From: Cycas panzhihuaensis
Taxonomy: Eukaryota; Plantae; Cycadophyta
Direction of reading: 5' to 3'
DNA length: 64,000 nucleotides
Assembly (NCBI GenBank): GCA_023213395.1
Contig: CM041465.1
Span: forward strand, 216,201,741-216,265,740
The notes below the pieces were generated by a model. The model saw nothing but the letters and a program-made list of their open reading frames with translations. It had not been told where the DNA came from and made no database searches. A program made the translations under genes and the position numbers. Of this stretch, positions 12,531-26,372 are shown one piece after another; within the stretch, counting starts at the first letter, position 1; the number at the start of each line of letters is the position of its first letter.

Positions 12531-14888
12531 AGTAGTATGTAGGTTTACCATATTAGAAACTAAAGTAATAGAAATAAAAGGGTTGTACCTATCAGTTGGA
12601 TGACTAACTCATATAGATCTTCTAATAGTTGGTGGAGGAGTATCAACATACTCTTGTAAATCTGTTACAGATTCATCTTAAAAAAGGTCTTCTTGCTTTT
12701 CTGTTTCCAAAGATGGATGGGTCTCAAGCTTGACTTATTGATGTTCAACTTTTTTCTCTTATTTCACTTCAATTTATATATTATCTAATTTTAGAAAAGG
12801 AGATTCATCAAATATAACATCTCTATTAATAGCGATTTTGTGGGTAGTAGGATCCCACAACATGTATCCCTTTACACCATCTCTATCACCATAACCAACA
12901 AAGATACATCTCTTAGATTTTTTTATCTAACTTTGAACATTAACTTTATTAGTTAAGGCATAAGCATCACAACTAAAAAACTTTCAAATTTGAATAGTCA
13001 CATGGATATCCAGTCTATACCTCTTCAGGAATCTTGTAGTCTATTACAAGTGATAGTGACCTATTTACCAAATAATAAGCTATTTAAACAGCTTCTACCC
13101 ATAAGTCCTATTCCACTCCTACATTGCTCAACATGCTTCTTGCTCTTTTCAAGAGTGTTCTATTCATGCTCTTAGCTATTCCATTTTTCTATGGAATATA
13201 GCTAGTGGTCTTATGCCTTTTAATTCTAGCTTCTTTACAATAGTTCTCAAACTCTAAGGAGTTGAACTCACCTCCATTATCAATTCTTAAACATTCTCAA
13301 TTAGAGCCTTGAACTACTTAAACACACTAAAAACTTTAGATTTCTTTTTCAAAAAATAGACCCATACCTTTATGAAGTAAACATCTATAAATGTGATAAA
13401 GTATAATGATCCTCCACAAGATATTGTAGGGGCTGGTCCTCACACATCTGAATGTATATAATCTAGAACACCTTTACTAGTGTGACTCCCTACTTTAAAT
13501 CTAAGTCTATGTTGATTTCCAAAAATACAATGTTTATAAAAACCCAAATCTGAAAGTTGTAAGTTAAGAAGTAACTTATGATTCATTAGTAACTTAAGTC
13601 CTCTCTCACTCATGTTCCCAAGTCTCTGATGCCATAACTGAGCTAGATCTTCTATAGTCTTTAATACTATAGCTACATGGCTGACATCTATACTTCCCAC
13701 TAAAATATAAAGGTTTCCTTTCTTTAAGGCTTTCATAATAACCAAGGTGCCCTTCGATACCTTTAAGACTCCTTCATGACCTATGTACTTATAACCATCA
13801 GAATCCAGTTCACCTAGGAAAATCATATTCTTTTCTAGGTTAGGTATATATTTAACTTCAGTTAATGTTCTCACTACATCATCAAACGTTTTAATTTTAA
13901 TGCTACCAATGCCCACTGTCTTACAAGAAACTTCATTTCCTTAGGCATATTACCACGATGAAGATGTTGGTATGATGAAAACTAACTCTTGTGTGGACAC
14001 GTGGTGTGAAGCACCTAAATCCAATAACCAATCATGATGATAATGGGAAATATTATAAGAAACTAAGACATCATCATTTGTACCTTGATTTGACTCCACC
14101 TTATTAGCCTCTTTGGAAGGATCTTCCTTTTTTTGGAACTCCTTCATTTTGTAGCAATCCTTCTTAAGGTGACCTGTCTTACTGTAGTGCCAACATCTAA
14201 GCTTACTCTTCTTGCCTTTTGACTTTAATCTTGATGTGTCCCTAGAGCTTTGTCCTCTCTCAATTGTTTTGCCTCTTGTTGTCATAGCTTATGCTATGGA
14301 TGTCTTAAGACTAGACTCCCTCTTCACTTCTTCCATTAGCAAAGCACTCACAACAGAATCATAGTCTAATTTATCTGTAGTGCTAAAACTAATTGAGGTA
14401 ATAATATTATCCCAATATTTTGGTAATAAACATGACAAGGTAACATCCTTATCCTCATCCTTAATCATGACATTGATACTAGCCAACTGACAAATAAGAG
14501 AATTGAAAATATTTAAATGATCAATAATTTTTGTACCTTCCTTCATCCATAATAAGTACAACTACCTCTTCAAGTAGATTTAATTTATCACTAATTTGGT
14601 CATGTATAAGCCTTCTAATTGGCTCCATAATCCTACTGTTGTCTACTCCCCTGCGATATTAAATAGAACTTCATCTACTAAGCATAATCGTATTATGCTA
14701 AGAGCCCTTTTGTCTAGATCATCCCATTCGTCATCATCCATCCCTACGGGTTTCTTCAATTTACTTGCAAGAGCTCTGGACAAACCTTGTTATACCAAAA
14801 CATCATACACTTTCAACTTCCACAACTCAAAGTTATTCGTGCTATTGAATTTCTCCACCTTGAACTTTGCATTCTCTAGTTTTTCCAT
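12531..14888 (-). pseudogene. Tork-like copia gag-protease-integrase (degenerate)
   Basis: ORF 14289..14561 (UBN2-type Gag). ORF 13950..14285 (CWHYSKTGHLKKDC knuckle, WLLDLGASHH protease). ORF 13440..13916 (LWHQRLGNMS...LDYIHSDV). Confidence 0.92.
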
Positions 14889-14947
14889 TTGGTGTAGAAA
14901 AAAGTTAATACCAAAACCTTCACAAACTTGCTGCAAAAATAAAAGTG

Positions 14948-14959
14948 GCTCTAATAACA
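14948..14959 (-). promoter_or_regulatory. Primer-binding site (tRNA-iMet), degenerate
   Basis: Minus strand tgttattagagc vs canonical TGGTATCAGAGC, 2 bp from the LTR end. Confidence 0.8.
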
Positions 14960-14961
14960 CT

Positions 14962-15619
14962 TGTTGAGTAAACTAGGTCCTAATAACCATAAACCACCAC
15001 CAAGATTTAAACTATTTTGTAACTAGTTATAGGAATCGAAGCTAAAATTTAATATGCAAGTTTTTAAACTAGAGATAATACAATAAATAGATTATAAAGC
15101 CAAAGCATCACATATACACCCAATATAATGTTCTAAAACCCTAGCAGTGTGCTAGGGAAACATCCACACAGGAAAGGTATTGATCTTTATTAATAAAGAA
15201 TAGAGAGATGTACATAATCTACAGTTGAATGCTTACAACAATAACAAATAGCCATCCAACTCCTCATAGTACATCCAATACATTGAACACCATCAACATA
15301 ATAAAAAAACACCCTAAATCGGGCTATATGAGAGAGTCATACAAGGCACAAATCTTGATGATAGAATCTAGGATATTTTGAATGAATGACCCTAATTCTC
15401 TTTATAATTTAGTATGCTTTTCAATGCTAGCTTTTTAGGTCGAGGGCTATCACCCCTGAACCCCCTTTTTATAGGCGGATTTTTAGTGCTCCCTGCACCC
15501 CCTAGCCAAAGGGGACTCCTGCCCCCTTTGGATCCCCCCCAAGGAAGTTTGGAGGGAAACTGCATAGTTAACTTGTCAAAATTTTAGCCTCCAAAACATT
15601 ATTATCATATTATTTAATA
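14962..15619 (-). repeat. 5' LTR of Tork-like copia
   Basis: Aligns with 4143-4798. Termini TG...TA(CA). Followed by TSD GATGC. Confidence 0.92.
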
Positions 15620-15818
15620 GATGCCACTAATAACCTATTTTCTTTCTCCTTAGTTTATACACCTCTCACTGTCTACTAATGAGGCATCACTATGGTGGAC
15701 ATCACCTCTTGTTACATATGTATATTTGTTGGTTTGCTTATATTTCACATCATTTATATTGGTAGCATTCACCATCTTTTAATTTTAGATAAAAAAGGCT
15801 CTTCTACCAAGGGGATAG

Positions 15819-18267
15819 TGTTTCTTAACTTTCCAAAATGACATTGGTATGATGACATAGGTAAATATAGATACGGGTCTCCATTTTTATTTCCTATCAC
15901 ATTTGTTATGCTATTTTATTTTATATAATGCATGATTGATTACTAAATGCATGCTTGCTTAGCTTGCATGTGCCTTATTTCATGTTGATGAAAGTTAGGA
16001 CTCTAATCTAATGGCCTTAAAGCCTCCCATATTACCTTGTTGATTGGAAAGGGAACCTCTCTGCATCCCTACAACTCTCTTTTTTAAGCCCATTCTTATT
16101 CATTTAGTCCCATTTCGCCCCTATAACTACTAGTCACCCCTTATTTTAGGTTTTGGGACTAGTTTTTGGGAGTTATAGTGGTCTTAGGATAGGGTTTGGG
16201 CTCTTTTTGAATATTTTACTACTGTACTACTACCTTTTTTGATGCAAAAAGTAGTACCATATAGCAATTCATGGTACTGCAGATACATCTATGATATAAT
16301 TGTTATAACTCTAGACTACATCTTCAATGGCTAAATAACTTTTTCTACTACCTTGTTTGGTGTGCTTGGGGTACTACGTTAACCTAAGTTAACTCGTCGC
16401 ATCCTAGGGAACCTGATTGAACCTTCAATATCATTTTTTATTCAAGTTTTTTTAAGATTTAAATTTCCCTTCTTAGCTCCATCTATGGTTTTGGGTAGTG
16501 GTTTCTCCATATTGTGGGCATGAAACCTCCACCCTCTTACCTTGTTTTCTCTTATAAAACCCCTCCAATTTGAGGGTAGGTGATGATACATCTTCTATTC
16601 TTCTAACCATATCAAAATACTACCAAACTTCTACCATAACAACCCTTTTACTTTTGATATAACTTGTATTCTTTAGAGCTAAGGTGAAGAAGTTGGAGAT
16701 CAATCCTAGCACAAGCAAGGAAGCATTGGAGAGCTTTATGTTGGGTGACCATTGCTTCTTACCTCTCCATCGACTTGGGAACCCCCCATCCTACCTTGGT
16801 TTTCCATTTTGTGAGACTTCCTCTTATCGTTTCCCTCTATGATTTATTGTTATTATGTTGCACAGGTAGGGTTATGCAATTTTGGCAATTTTCTTTTACT
16901 ATAATAGTAGAAGATAGGGTTATATTTACTTGGTCTTTCCTTCCCTTTTGTCTACACCATGTGTTGAGTTGTAGGTTTGTGTTGGAGAGGTTTTCCTTGG
17001 TATAACTAATGAAACTACCTTTGTAGGGGAGGCCATGCCATTCTGAGGCATCTTTCCCCTCTTTGCTTCATATTTATTTTTGTTGCCATTCTATTATTTG
17101 TTACATATACACGCATATATGCTTTATTACTATACTTGTTTACTTTTTACACTATTAGGTTTGTTGAAATATTATTAGGATAGCCCTTCTCTAGATATCA
17201 TTTACAGGTGTGAGAAGGAGCAACCCTCTACTATTCACATTAGGGTTTAAAGAAGGTATACCTTAACAAGATGAGCACCCCCACTTCTTGCACTTGTTGT
17301 TGTATTATTCTTTTACTTCTTCCTTTCATTACTTTCCATTCATTATCTTTCCATTTGGGGTGGGTAAGTAGAGTCCTCTTTATTCTGCTTCAACTGACAA
17401 TACAAGCATTTGAAAGGAGGACAAAGAGAGGTGAAGAGGAGTGGTGTCACTAACCATCAACTAAGCCTGAGTGCACCTATTTCCCCTTCTCTTTTGTTGT
17501 TTCATATTCTTATTATTATTCTCACTCTACTCCCCATTGTAAGAATTCCTTCCCCCTTATTATTTGTTCTTATTTTTTAATTACATTATCATTGAAAATG
17601 GGAAATAAGGAAGTAGGGGAGGGTCTCTTGCATAGTGGAAAATAAAGGGAAATTAATTTGTAAGAAATGAAATAGGTTTCCTTTCCCTTTTGTTTTAGAA
17701 AAAAGGAATATTAAAAGTAAAGGTGTTTTAAGCTAGGGTTACATGTAAGAAAGGATCCTTCACCTTTCTCATCCCTTTGTTCCCCCATTTGTTTATATAT
17801 TTTTTCCTTTCCCTTAATTAATATGCATGTTTCTTTTTAGAAAGGAAAGAAGAGAGTTTTAAAGGAAAAGAGAGTGAGGTTTCTTTACTTATTTTGTACC
17901 TCCCTTTTTATTTCCTTTTTGTTCTTGTCCTAAACAACATAATAACAAAACCCAACTACACCCCTCTTATCCTACCAAATGGGCTTATACCTGTTTATTC
18001 CCCCCCCCCCCCCCCCTCTCTCTCCCTGCCCTTTTGCCTACCATGTTGGCCCCTTACTAAGGTAGTTTATTGAACTATGGCACCTTTCTCCAAAACCCTA
18101 GGCAAAGAGAAAGGGACCACACCTATATGTTCTTGAATCTACACCCCTTAGGTGCATGAGCACCTTACATGGGCCACCCGGGACTACTTTACACCCCATA
18201 CTAGGTCCCACACCCTAGGCCTAGCTCTCTGTGGTGTTTATTATCTTAGGTACCCCTGATAGGGGCA
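15819..18267 (+). repeat. Putative ~2.45-kb 3' LTR of the Tat/Athila-related gypsy
   Basis: Follows the PPT-like aaggggatag. The start tgtttct is the C>T-decayed inverted repeat of the end aggggca. Non-coding. The partner LTR is not in the window. Confidence 0.5.
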
Positions 18268-21200
18268 ATTTTAAAGAGATATTAAAGTATTCAGTATGAT
18301 CACCTCATATGCATTATCATTAATTCTTTTTATAATCCAATATGGTCCAATCTTTTTATATTTAAGCTTATTATAAGTCCCTCGAGGGAATCTATATTTT
18401 CTTAAGTAAATGACTATTAAGTCACCTTCTTTAAATAGCTTATAATTGTGGGTCATATTTGTTGCTTCTTTATACTTTTTATTATTTTCTTATAACTTTT
18501 TACTTACCTTCTCATGAACCTATTATATATGCTCTACATAAACTTTTGCATCATCAATCACCTTTTCTCCAATGGGTAGGTGTGCTAAGTCTAGTACATC
18601 CTTGGGGTTTTTGTTATATATAATTTAAAAAGGTGACTTACCTATTGACCTATTTATATAATTGTTATATAAAAATTCTGCCTTGGCTAATACTAAATCC
18701 CATAGTTTGGGCTTCTTCCCAATTATACACCTTAGCAAGATTCCTAAACTTTTGTTTACCACTTCAGTTTACCCAGTAGTCTATGGATGATAGGCACTGC
18801 TAAATTGGAGTTTTATTTCCATATTCTTCTACAGTGTCTTCTAGAAATGGCTCAAAAACTTTATCTCAATATGAAGTGATAGCCTTTTTAATGCTATGCA
18901 AGCTATTTAAAGGATAAATCTACTATCATAACTACATCATTTATCTTCTTGCATGTAGTGAAATAAATCATTTTTGAAAAATGATTAATAATGACAAAAA
19001 TGGAATCGTTACCTTTTTATGTATGTGGTAATCCCCATATGAAGTCCATACTAAAGTTTGTCCATGGTCCTTTAGGTACTAGTAAGGGTATATATAAGTC
19101 AATATTCTGTCCAAGTCCCTTATCCATTTGGCATATCCTACAATGTTCCATAAATCTTGCCACATCACTCTTTATTTGAGACAAAAAATATTTTTCCTTC
19201 TACTAAAGCTATGGTCTTATTTTGACCAAAATTCCCTCTAATACCTCCACTATGTAACTCTTATATGATATTCTCTCTCATAAAGCCCACTAGGATGCAC
19301 AACTATATTTCCTTAAATAGGTGATCATCTTACATAAAATAATCATCACATAAAGAACTACGTCCCTTAATTAGAGGATTCTTACAATGCTTAATAATTA
19401 TTCTAAAGTTAGGGTTTGAGTTATACAAACCCTTAATGGCTTCATATCTTACCACTCCATTTTCCATGGTGCTTAATAATACCACTTGCCTGTTTAATGC
19501 ATCAGCAATAGGGTTTTGTTTACTTAATTTATGCTTTAAAATAATTATAAAACTTTATATATAGGATACCCACTTAGCATGCTTAGCATTTAATTTCCTT
19601 TAGGTATTTGCATGCCTTTAAGCATGGTGACTAGTAAATAAGATAAATTCCTTAGGTATGAGATAATGCCTCCAATGTTTCAAAGCTTGGATAGTTATGC
19701 AAAATTTCATGTCATAGGTTAAATACTTCTTCTTACCTCATTAAGCTTCTCATTGTAAAATGGTATAGTCTTCCTTCTTGATTGAGCGCTACTCTAATTA
19801 CAATATATGAAACATAAAAATTATCCTTAAACCTTTTTTTTAAAGTTTGGAAGTACAAGCATAAGTGCATTAAATACCTTTTACTTTAAGAGTTGGAAGC
19901 TATTCTCTACTTCCCTGCTTCATGTCAGCTCCTTACCCTTTATGCAATCTATTAAGAATGCAATAATTCCACTAAAATTTCTAATGAACTTTCTATAAAA
20001 TTGAGCCAAACCATGAAAACTTATTACCTTTGTCACAATCTTAAGTATTAGCCATTCAATAATTACCCTAATCTTCTCCTTATCTATTTGCAATCCCTCT
20101 TATGAAATCATAAAGCCTAGAAATATTAAGGCCCCTTACATAAACTTATACTTCTTCATATTTGAATATAATTTCTCTCTCCTTAATACTTTAAGTACCA
20201 TCCTTAAGTGTATTAAGTGCTCCCCCTTAGTCTTACTAAAATTAAGAATATCATCAAGATATACAACTATAAACATACTAATAAATAATTACAACATAAT
20301 GTTCATTAATATCATAAATGTGCTTAAGGTATTTGACATCCCAATTAGCATTATTATCCATTTATATAATCCATTCCTCATTTTGAAGGTTGCTTTCCAT
20401 TTGTTCCCTTAATACATTTAGATTTGACGATGCCTATTCTTAAGGTCAATCTTTATAAACTAGGAAGCATATGCTAATACATCTAATATATTATCCATAC
20501 GAGGTATGGGAAACTGGTGTTTAATTATTTTCTTGTTGATCTCTCATGAGCCATCTTTCTTTAGAGTCATTAATGTTGGAACTATATAGGGACTTAAGTT
20601 TTCTTTTACCATTCTCTTATATACTAATTCATTGACTAGTCAATTTAACTCCTCATTCTCCATTGGGCTTAATTGATAAGCTACTTGGTTTGGTAAACTT
20701 AACCCTAGGATTATGTCAATTTAGTGTTGAATGTCCCTCGTGGGTGGTAATCCATCAGGTAACTCATCTGGAATAATATCATTATACTCCTCTAATAACC
20801 CTACTACCTTTCTTTGTATCTCTATGATATCCTCCTCTATTTATCTTATTATCAAGGCATAATAAGTGCCAATCTCTTGTATATATTTTATAAATTCTTT
20901 GGCAGTCAACAAGCTTTCTATATTCTCTTCTTCATTAAGTGGTAATAACTTTACCTTTATACCATTCTTCCAAAATGTATAGGTGTTATTCTTTCCATCA
21001 TGAAAAACATTCCTATCATACTACCATGGTCTCCCTAATTGTAAGTGGTATGCATATATTGGGATCACATCATAGCATATCCCATCCCGATATAATTTTT
21101 CAATTCCAATTTTAACTAAGCATCTACTATAAATAGTCACCTCATTTCTTTTTTTGAACCAAGAAATATGGTATGGTTGTGGATGTACTTCACAACTCAA

Positions 21201-22531
21201 TCCTAACTTTTCTACCATTTCATTAGAGATCATATTCTCATAACTACCACCATTAATTATAATACTATATACCTTTTCTCTTGTGATATATCTTATTCTA
21301 AAAATATTGGTTTGTAACTATGAATCATCGTCAATCTCTGCCTTTCCTTTACCTTATTTAGGTTGTCATCTTAGTGCTATCACGGTTATTCAAAGAATTA
21401 AGCTCTTACTTGTATTTGCTATGACTTCTTCATTACCATATTCATTTCAGGCTAAGTTTACCCTTAAATGCTCTTTCTACCTTCAAGATTATTCCTTATG
21501 GTGATGAGGGTATTAAAATGCGTTATGTATTTCTTTCCTACATTTAAAACAAATAGAAGATCTCCTCCATCCTCTTCGACCACTAAAACCTCTACCTTAT
21601 TGGGCTGTTAGAAATATTCTTCCTTTGAGTTGGTTTTGAGTTCCTCTTCCTCCTTATATTCTACCCTTCCTTTCTCCTTCTTGTCTTTCTATCCTATTAG
21701 ATGATTCTCCTCTCACATAGAGGATTCCTCCTTTACCTTTATACAAAGATAATGAACCTCTTCTCATCACAAAGGGCCTTCAAGTAGCATTCCTATTTTG
21801 CTTCTCTTATACCCATAATACTAATTGATATATATCTTCCATGCTTTTAACTCTATACATACTAAGTTCCTCCTTAATTGAAAATTTTAAACCATTTATA
21901 TACCTTGCAATGACTTATTCATCTATCTCCTCATGCTCTATATGAATGAAAATATTATAAAACTCATATATGTGTCTTGTACTATTATTTCTTTCTACTT
22001 TAAGTTATAAAACTTTCTAAAGAGGGTTAAAGAATAATCGACTAGTAGAAACTTGTCTTTTAATGTCTTAACTATTTTGGTCTATGTTCTAATCTTTTAT
22101 TTGCCTTTCTTCACCCTCTTCTTTTGTAGATGATCCCACTAAATAGTTGCTTGTCCCTTTAACTTCATGTATGCAAACTTTACTTTCTTTTCTTTAGTCA
22201 TGCTCTTCTATTTGAAGAACTTCTTTATGATATTTAACCAATCTACTAGCTTCTCTAGTTTTAAACTCCCTTAGTAGTCTAGAATACCAATTTTGATTCT
22301 ATCACTCTTATTTTCAAGTTTCTTCAAGAATTTGTTTCCCATTATCTATGGTTCTTATGGCTCAAAATCTTCTAGTCTTATACCATCATCACTTAATGCC
22401 TCTTTTTCTTTAGTATTTCCTTCGTGCCTTTATATTAATACTATAGTATTAAGTTGTTCTATTCTTCTCTATATCTCCTTCAAGTTTCTATTCATTTTAA
22501 TATAGTTTACTCTACCTCCTTTTCTTGCCAT
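18268..22531 (-). pseudogene. CRM gag-pol (degenerate)
   Basis: ORF 21021..21233 (HPQPYHISWFKK...HLQLGRPW). RT IVVYLDDILNFSKT at ~20235-20275. ORF 18271..18456 ([18 protein letters not shown]...INDNAYEV). Probable Gag ATG at 22531. Confidence 0.9.
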
Positions 22532-22749
22532 TTTCAAGTACTCTTCTCTTCACCCAACCACTTTGGCTCTTAAATCTTGTCTTGTAAGCCTTCTTCAAGG
22601 ATCCTAAGCCTCAATGAGTGCTTCCTTACCCTTTCAACAGAAATAGTCTACCACCTTTATAGTTTTTAAAATAAATATATGTCATAATATCTAAAACTTT
22701 TATGATTTCTATCTTTAACCCCTTAGTTAAACCACACTTTGATACTAGA

Positions 22750-23864
22750 TGATGGGGACAATCTATAAGAACAATATTCAATCTTATATGCACAAACTTA
22801 AAACAAGAAAATCCAAAGAATATAGAGAGTCATTTTACTTTTAATTATATTCTATTAAATCTGCTAAAAAATAATCTAAAATCATATTTTTAAGTGAAAA
22901 AAAAAATAGAAAGTTCTAATCCTAACCCTAGAAACTTCTCCATTATGTAAAATAGTATATAATTCCATGTTTCTAAGTTAAGTCTTACTAAGAAAAACTA
23001 GACAACTAAGGGATATTATATAAAAGTAAAAACTAGTTTAACATTAACTACTAATTTTAGACATATAAAATAAATCTTAATTTTTATACATTTTTGGAGT
23101 ATTTTTTGGCTAAAAACCTTTGGATCTATAATGGACCTTTGACCTTATCTTAGGCTATTTTTACCTATTTTACTCAGATAGACCTTTGATTTGGCACTAG
23201 AAGGATTGAATTTGACCACTGAGTCAAATGTTATATTTTAATTAGTTGACACCAAAATTTAGATAAAAACGACTAAAAAACTAAAAAATAGATGGAGTTA
23301 TGATGAAGGTCCAGATGATCTTGTATTAGTTAGAGTTACAATACAACCAAATACACTCAATTTTGATACTATATGGGAGAGATATGGTTGTTTTATTAAG
23401 TATATGTCCATAGAAAATAAAAATAACTAAAATTGGCATATAGTCCCTTTGTATATTAGATCTTGGTCAACCATATGACCTCCTAGGAGGCTAGTGGACT
23501 TTACCCCACTTCAAAAAATAATTAAATGTTATTTTATAAAGTTTTATAACTTTAGAATATGAAAAATTTAAAATTTTATCAGTCATTTATGCTCACAGCA
23601 TATACACATAACTTGCATGGAAGAATCAATAGAAAATCATGGGTTTTTAATGGATTTTAATCATAAAAGTTAAAACTAAGATTTTTAAATACTACGAGTC
23701 CATTGGTATGTCAAATTTTAAAATACATTCCCAATAGAGATATATAACCATTAATAGGTGCCTAAACACTCATAAATTTATCCAACAATTGGGTAAAGTT
23801 GCCAAACTCATAAATAGAGTTGCCCAATTCTAGAAACTTCGCTCAACAGTAGTGTATAACATCA
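22750..23864 (-). repeat. 5' LTR of CRM element (far boundary tentative)
   Basis: tgatgggg start next to the PBS; candidate catca end at 23860-23864. Confidence 0.55.
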
Positions 23865-25279
23865 ATAGATAGAGATGCATGTGATATTGATACCCAATAA
23901 TATTAAATCATCTCAATAAGCTACTAATTTCTTTAAATAAATAACCAATCTACCCAATGCCAAAGTATTAGTATTATAACTATAACAAGGTTTAATCTTC
24001 TTAATAGAGATATTACATCCTTCTCACAATTGTTTAGATGGTAAGAAACCAATTTACAACTTGCAATTAATGTATATCAAACCCTCTATATAATAAGCAC
24101 TTATGGGATTTCATTAATTAATTAGTATCCATATCAATGGGTTCTCCACTCGTAATATGAAGATTCTTTTATACAAAAAATATACTACATAATAACATGA
24201 AATGGTAAATAATCAAGCCTTCAACTTACTAATGGGATGATATATCCAACAACCTACTTTTCATTACATATATACATTATTAATAGTATTCCTTCATAGA
24301 GTATAAGTTCTCTCTTAATCAGTAAGCTCTACACTAAGCCCTAAATATGCTAATTTCTTCAAAAAGAGCTAATGAACTCTCTATTAGTCCAAACCATGCC
24401 ATAACACCCTCATTAATAATATCCAATATAATAGAAGGAAAAACCATAGCCTTCCCACTATATTATTAGCTTTATAAGGTGATCAAGCTTGTAGTTGAAG
24501 CTTTGCTCTTAGACTCCATACAACATATGTATGTATACTAATAAAACATCCAAAAAGTAATTTAAAAATGAATCAAATATATAACAAATCTCTATGGGAT
24601 TTTAGATAATTATAACACTTATGCTTCAACTAGATTTTCATGTATAGGTATAACATACTCCAAGTTCACAAAACCAACATGCTTTGAGCACTAACACCAA
24701 CATGCTCTAGGTGTCTTACAAAATATAGTTCAAAAACATCCACAACCTATAGTAGAACCTTACTTAACAAATAGATAGACTATCCCCCTTACTAGTCATA
24801 AATAAGTATACTAAAATAAGATTATAATAAACCCTTGATAGATAGACACACTCATATTCCTAGAGTAAAAATAGCCTTGAACTAGGATTCTAATACCAAA
24901 TATAAAAATCTAACTTTAATAAAACAAGATCTTATTCATCAAATAGATTCATACAAAACTAAAACCTTAGCTTTGATACCACTTGTTAGACACAAATATC
25001 CAAACAGGTCCTAGATCATACACAACTATGAAATATAAAGATGTGTAGGTGAAACAATTAAAGAATAATATATACAAGTATATAACATAAGCTACTTATA
25101 GAAAATGATTAATTACAATCATATTATATTAAACCAATACATATTTATAGTACTTATCACCACCTAGTTGTCTAATCACACTCTAAGACTCACTTGGTCA
25201 ACCAATGACCTATTGCATAAAGAAGAGTCTATACCATGATCCCTTAGTTCATATCAAAGGGGTAATTATATCAATTTAA
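23865..25279 (-). mobile_element. Heavily decayed LTR element remnant (gypsy-like gag region, PBS, partial 5' LTR)
   Basis: PBS gctttgatacca at 24970-24981 then tgttag at 24984. TATA-like tatttatag at ~25143. Only weak Gag/protease-like traces in 23890-24500. Confidence 0.55.
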
Positions 25280-26006
25280 TATTCCATGGGTTATATATTA
25301 CCCAATAAGTAGAACTAGATTGCTAGTACATATGACCAACGACCCTAGTGGTTAGTGTTAGCTATTAACTTTTGTGTATAAGTTGCTTATGTCTACCAAA
25401 AGAATTACAAATTGCTTGTCTTACAAATGGTATTCTATATAAGAGGCCTATTTCATCTATTTAAGGCCGGCTTAATATAAAGTGAGGATTATTGTATATT
25501 ATTACTTATTATGAGATTATACTTTAATGCATCTTTTGGTTCTCTTTAGAATCCTTATAAGTGCCTAATTAGTCTACATCTACTCTTATTAATAATAAAG
25601 GAAGTCTATTGCTACCTATATTATGTCCTTTAATGTATTTATATTTCTTAGTTATGGAGAATATCATATGGTAATATCCTAACTAGTATTAGAGCTTGGC
25701 TCTTTGGTCCATGTAAAGAAGCAAGTTATGATCTTGAAGGCATAACATGGCAAGAGAAATAAAAATTTTGGGTTTTTTTTTTCTCGTAATAAAAAACTTT
25801 AAACCCTCTCTTTCTTATTTTACTTATTTTTTATTATTTTTTTCTTGAGTACTCTCTTTACACTATTCTCTTATTAATCTTAGAGATTGAGGAAAGATAA
25901 TAAGCTTTCTTACAACCTTTTTATTTTCTATAAAGTTTAGGTAAAGACCTTATTTTAGAGGTTTTTAAACATCCTTAAGTAGTTATCATTCTTGGCCATA
26001 CATACT

Positions 26007-26341
26007 TGTTAGAAAATAAATCAAAGTACAGAGCGAAATAGGTATACAAATATCAATCCATCTTAAGAAACATAAGTAAAAATATCATATTGATCAAGCC
26101 ATTGTTGAAAGTATACATCAAATCTCTAATAGGAAGTGGTGTCAAAAGACACCATGGTTATTCACCCTAGAAAATATATAGTTATGAGGGAGAGGGGAAA
26201 CCTCCTTAACCTCTAAAAGTTAAACAATAATAAAATAATATGTAACTCAATTTAAAATTAAACTAACCCAAATTACCCTTAATATGTATACACTCACATG
26301 TGCCTAAGCTAGGAGTGGGGTGATGAGTATTAACCCTAACA
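26007..26341 (-). repeat. 3' LTR of gag-only element 1
   Basis: TGTTAG...CTAACA; aligns with 30004-30337. Confidence 0.93.
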
Positions 26342-26372
26342 AACTCCCCCTTAATGTTCATATGATCATCCT

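Larger units (their letters stand above)
4143..15619 (-). mobile_element. Full-length Ty1/copia LTR retrotransposon, Tork/Tnt1-like, with a nested copia insertion
   Basis: Paired LTRs 4143-4798 and 14962-15619. 5-bp TSD GATGC at 4138-4142 and 15620-15624. Degenerate tRNA-iMet PBS. GAG-PR-INT-RT-RH order on the minus strand, with Gag start KFKVEKFNSTNNFELWK typical of Tork. Confidence 0.95.
1..18267 (+). mobile_element. Ty3/gypsy non-chromovirus (Tat/Athila-related) LTR retrotransposon; 5' part outside window; interrupted by copia insertion 4143-15619
   Basis: Degenerate PR-RT-RH-INT order in 1-3834. The 3' UTR is split by TSD GATGC. Putative PPT aaggggatag (15809-15818) precedes a putative 3' LTR ending ggggca at 18267, where CRM integrase sequence begins. 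Confidence 0.7.
18268..23864 (-). mobile_element. CRM-lineage Ty3/gypsy chromovirus, 3' end cut off by the Tat-like insertion
   Basis: CRM-type protease and integrase motifs. Degenerate PBS at 22736-22747. LTR has CRM-type termini TGATG (22750) and CATCA (23864, tentative). Confidence 0.85.

Noticed and set aside
14596-14967. 123-aa + strand ORF
   Set aside because: It is the antisense shadow of the Tork-like gag N-terminus.
16745-17453. Short hydrophobic ORFs as env-like or membrane peptides
   Set aside because: They lie in T-rich putative LTR sequence and have no recognisable motif; the hydrophobicity follows from base composition.
18000-18016. Poly-C run as a PPT or element boundary
   Set aside because: No adjacent TG/CA terminus or LTR partner; probably homopolymer slippage within the LTR.
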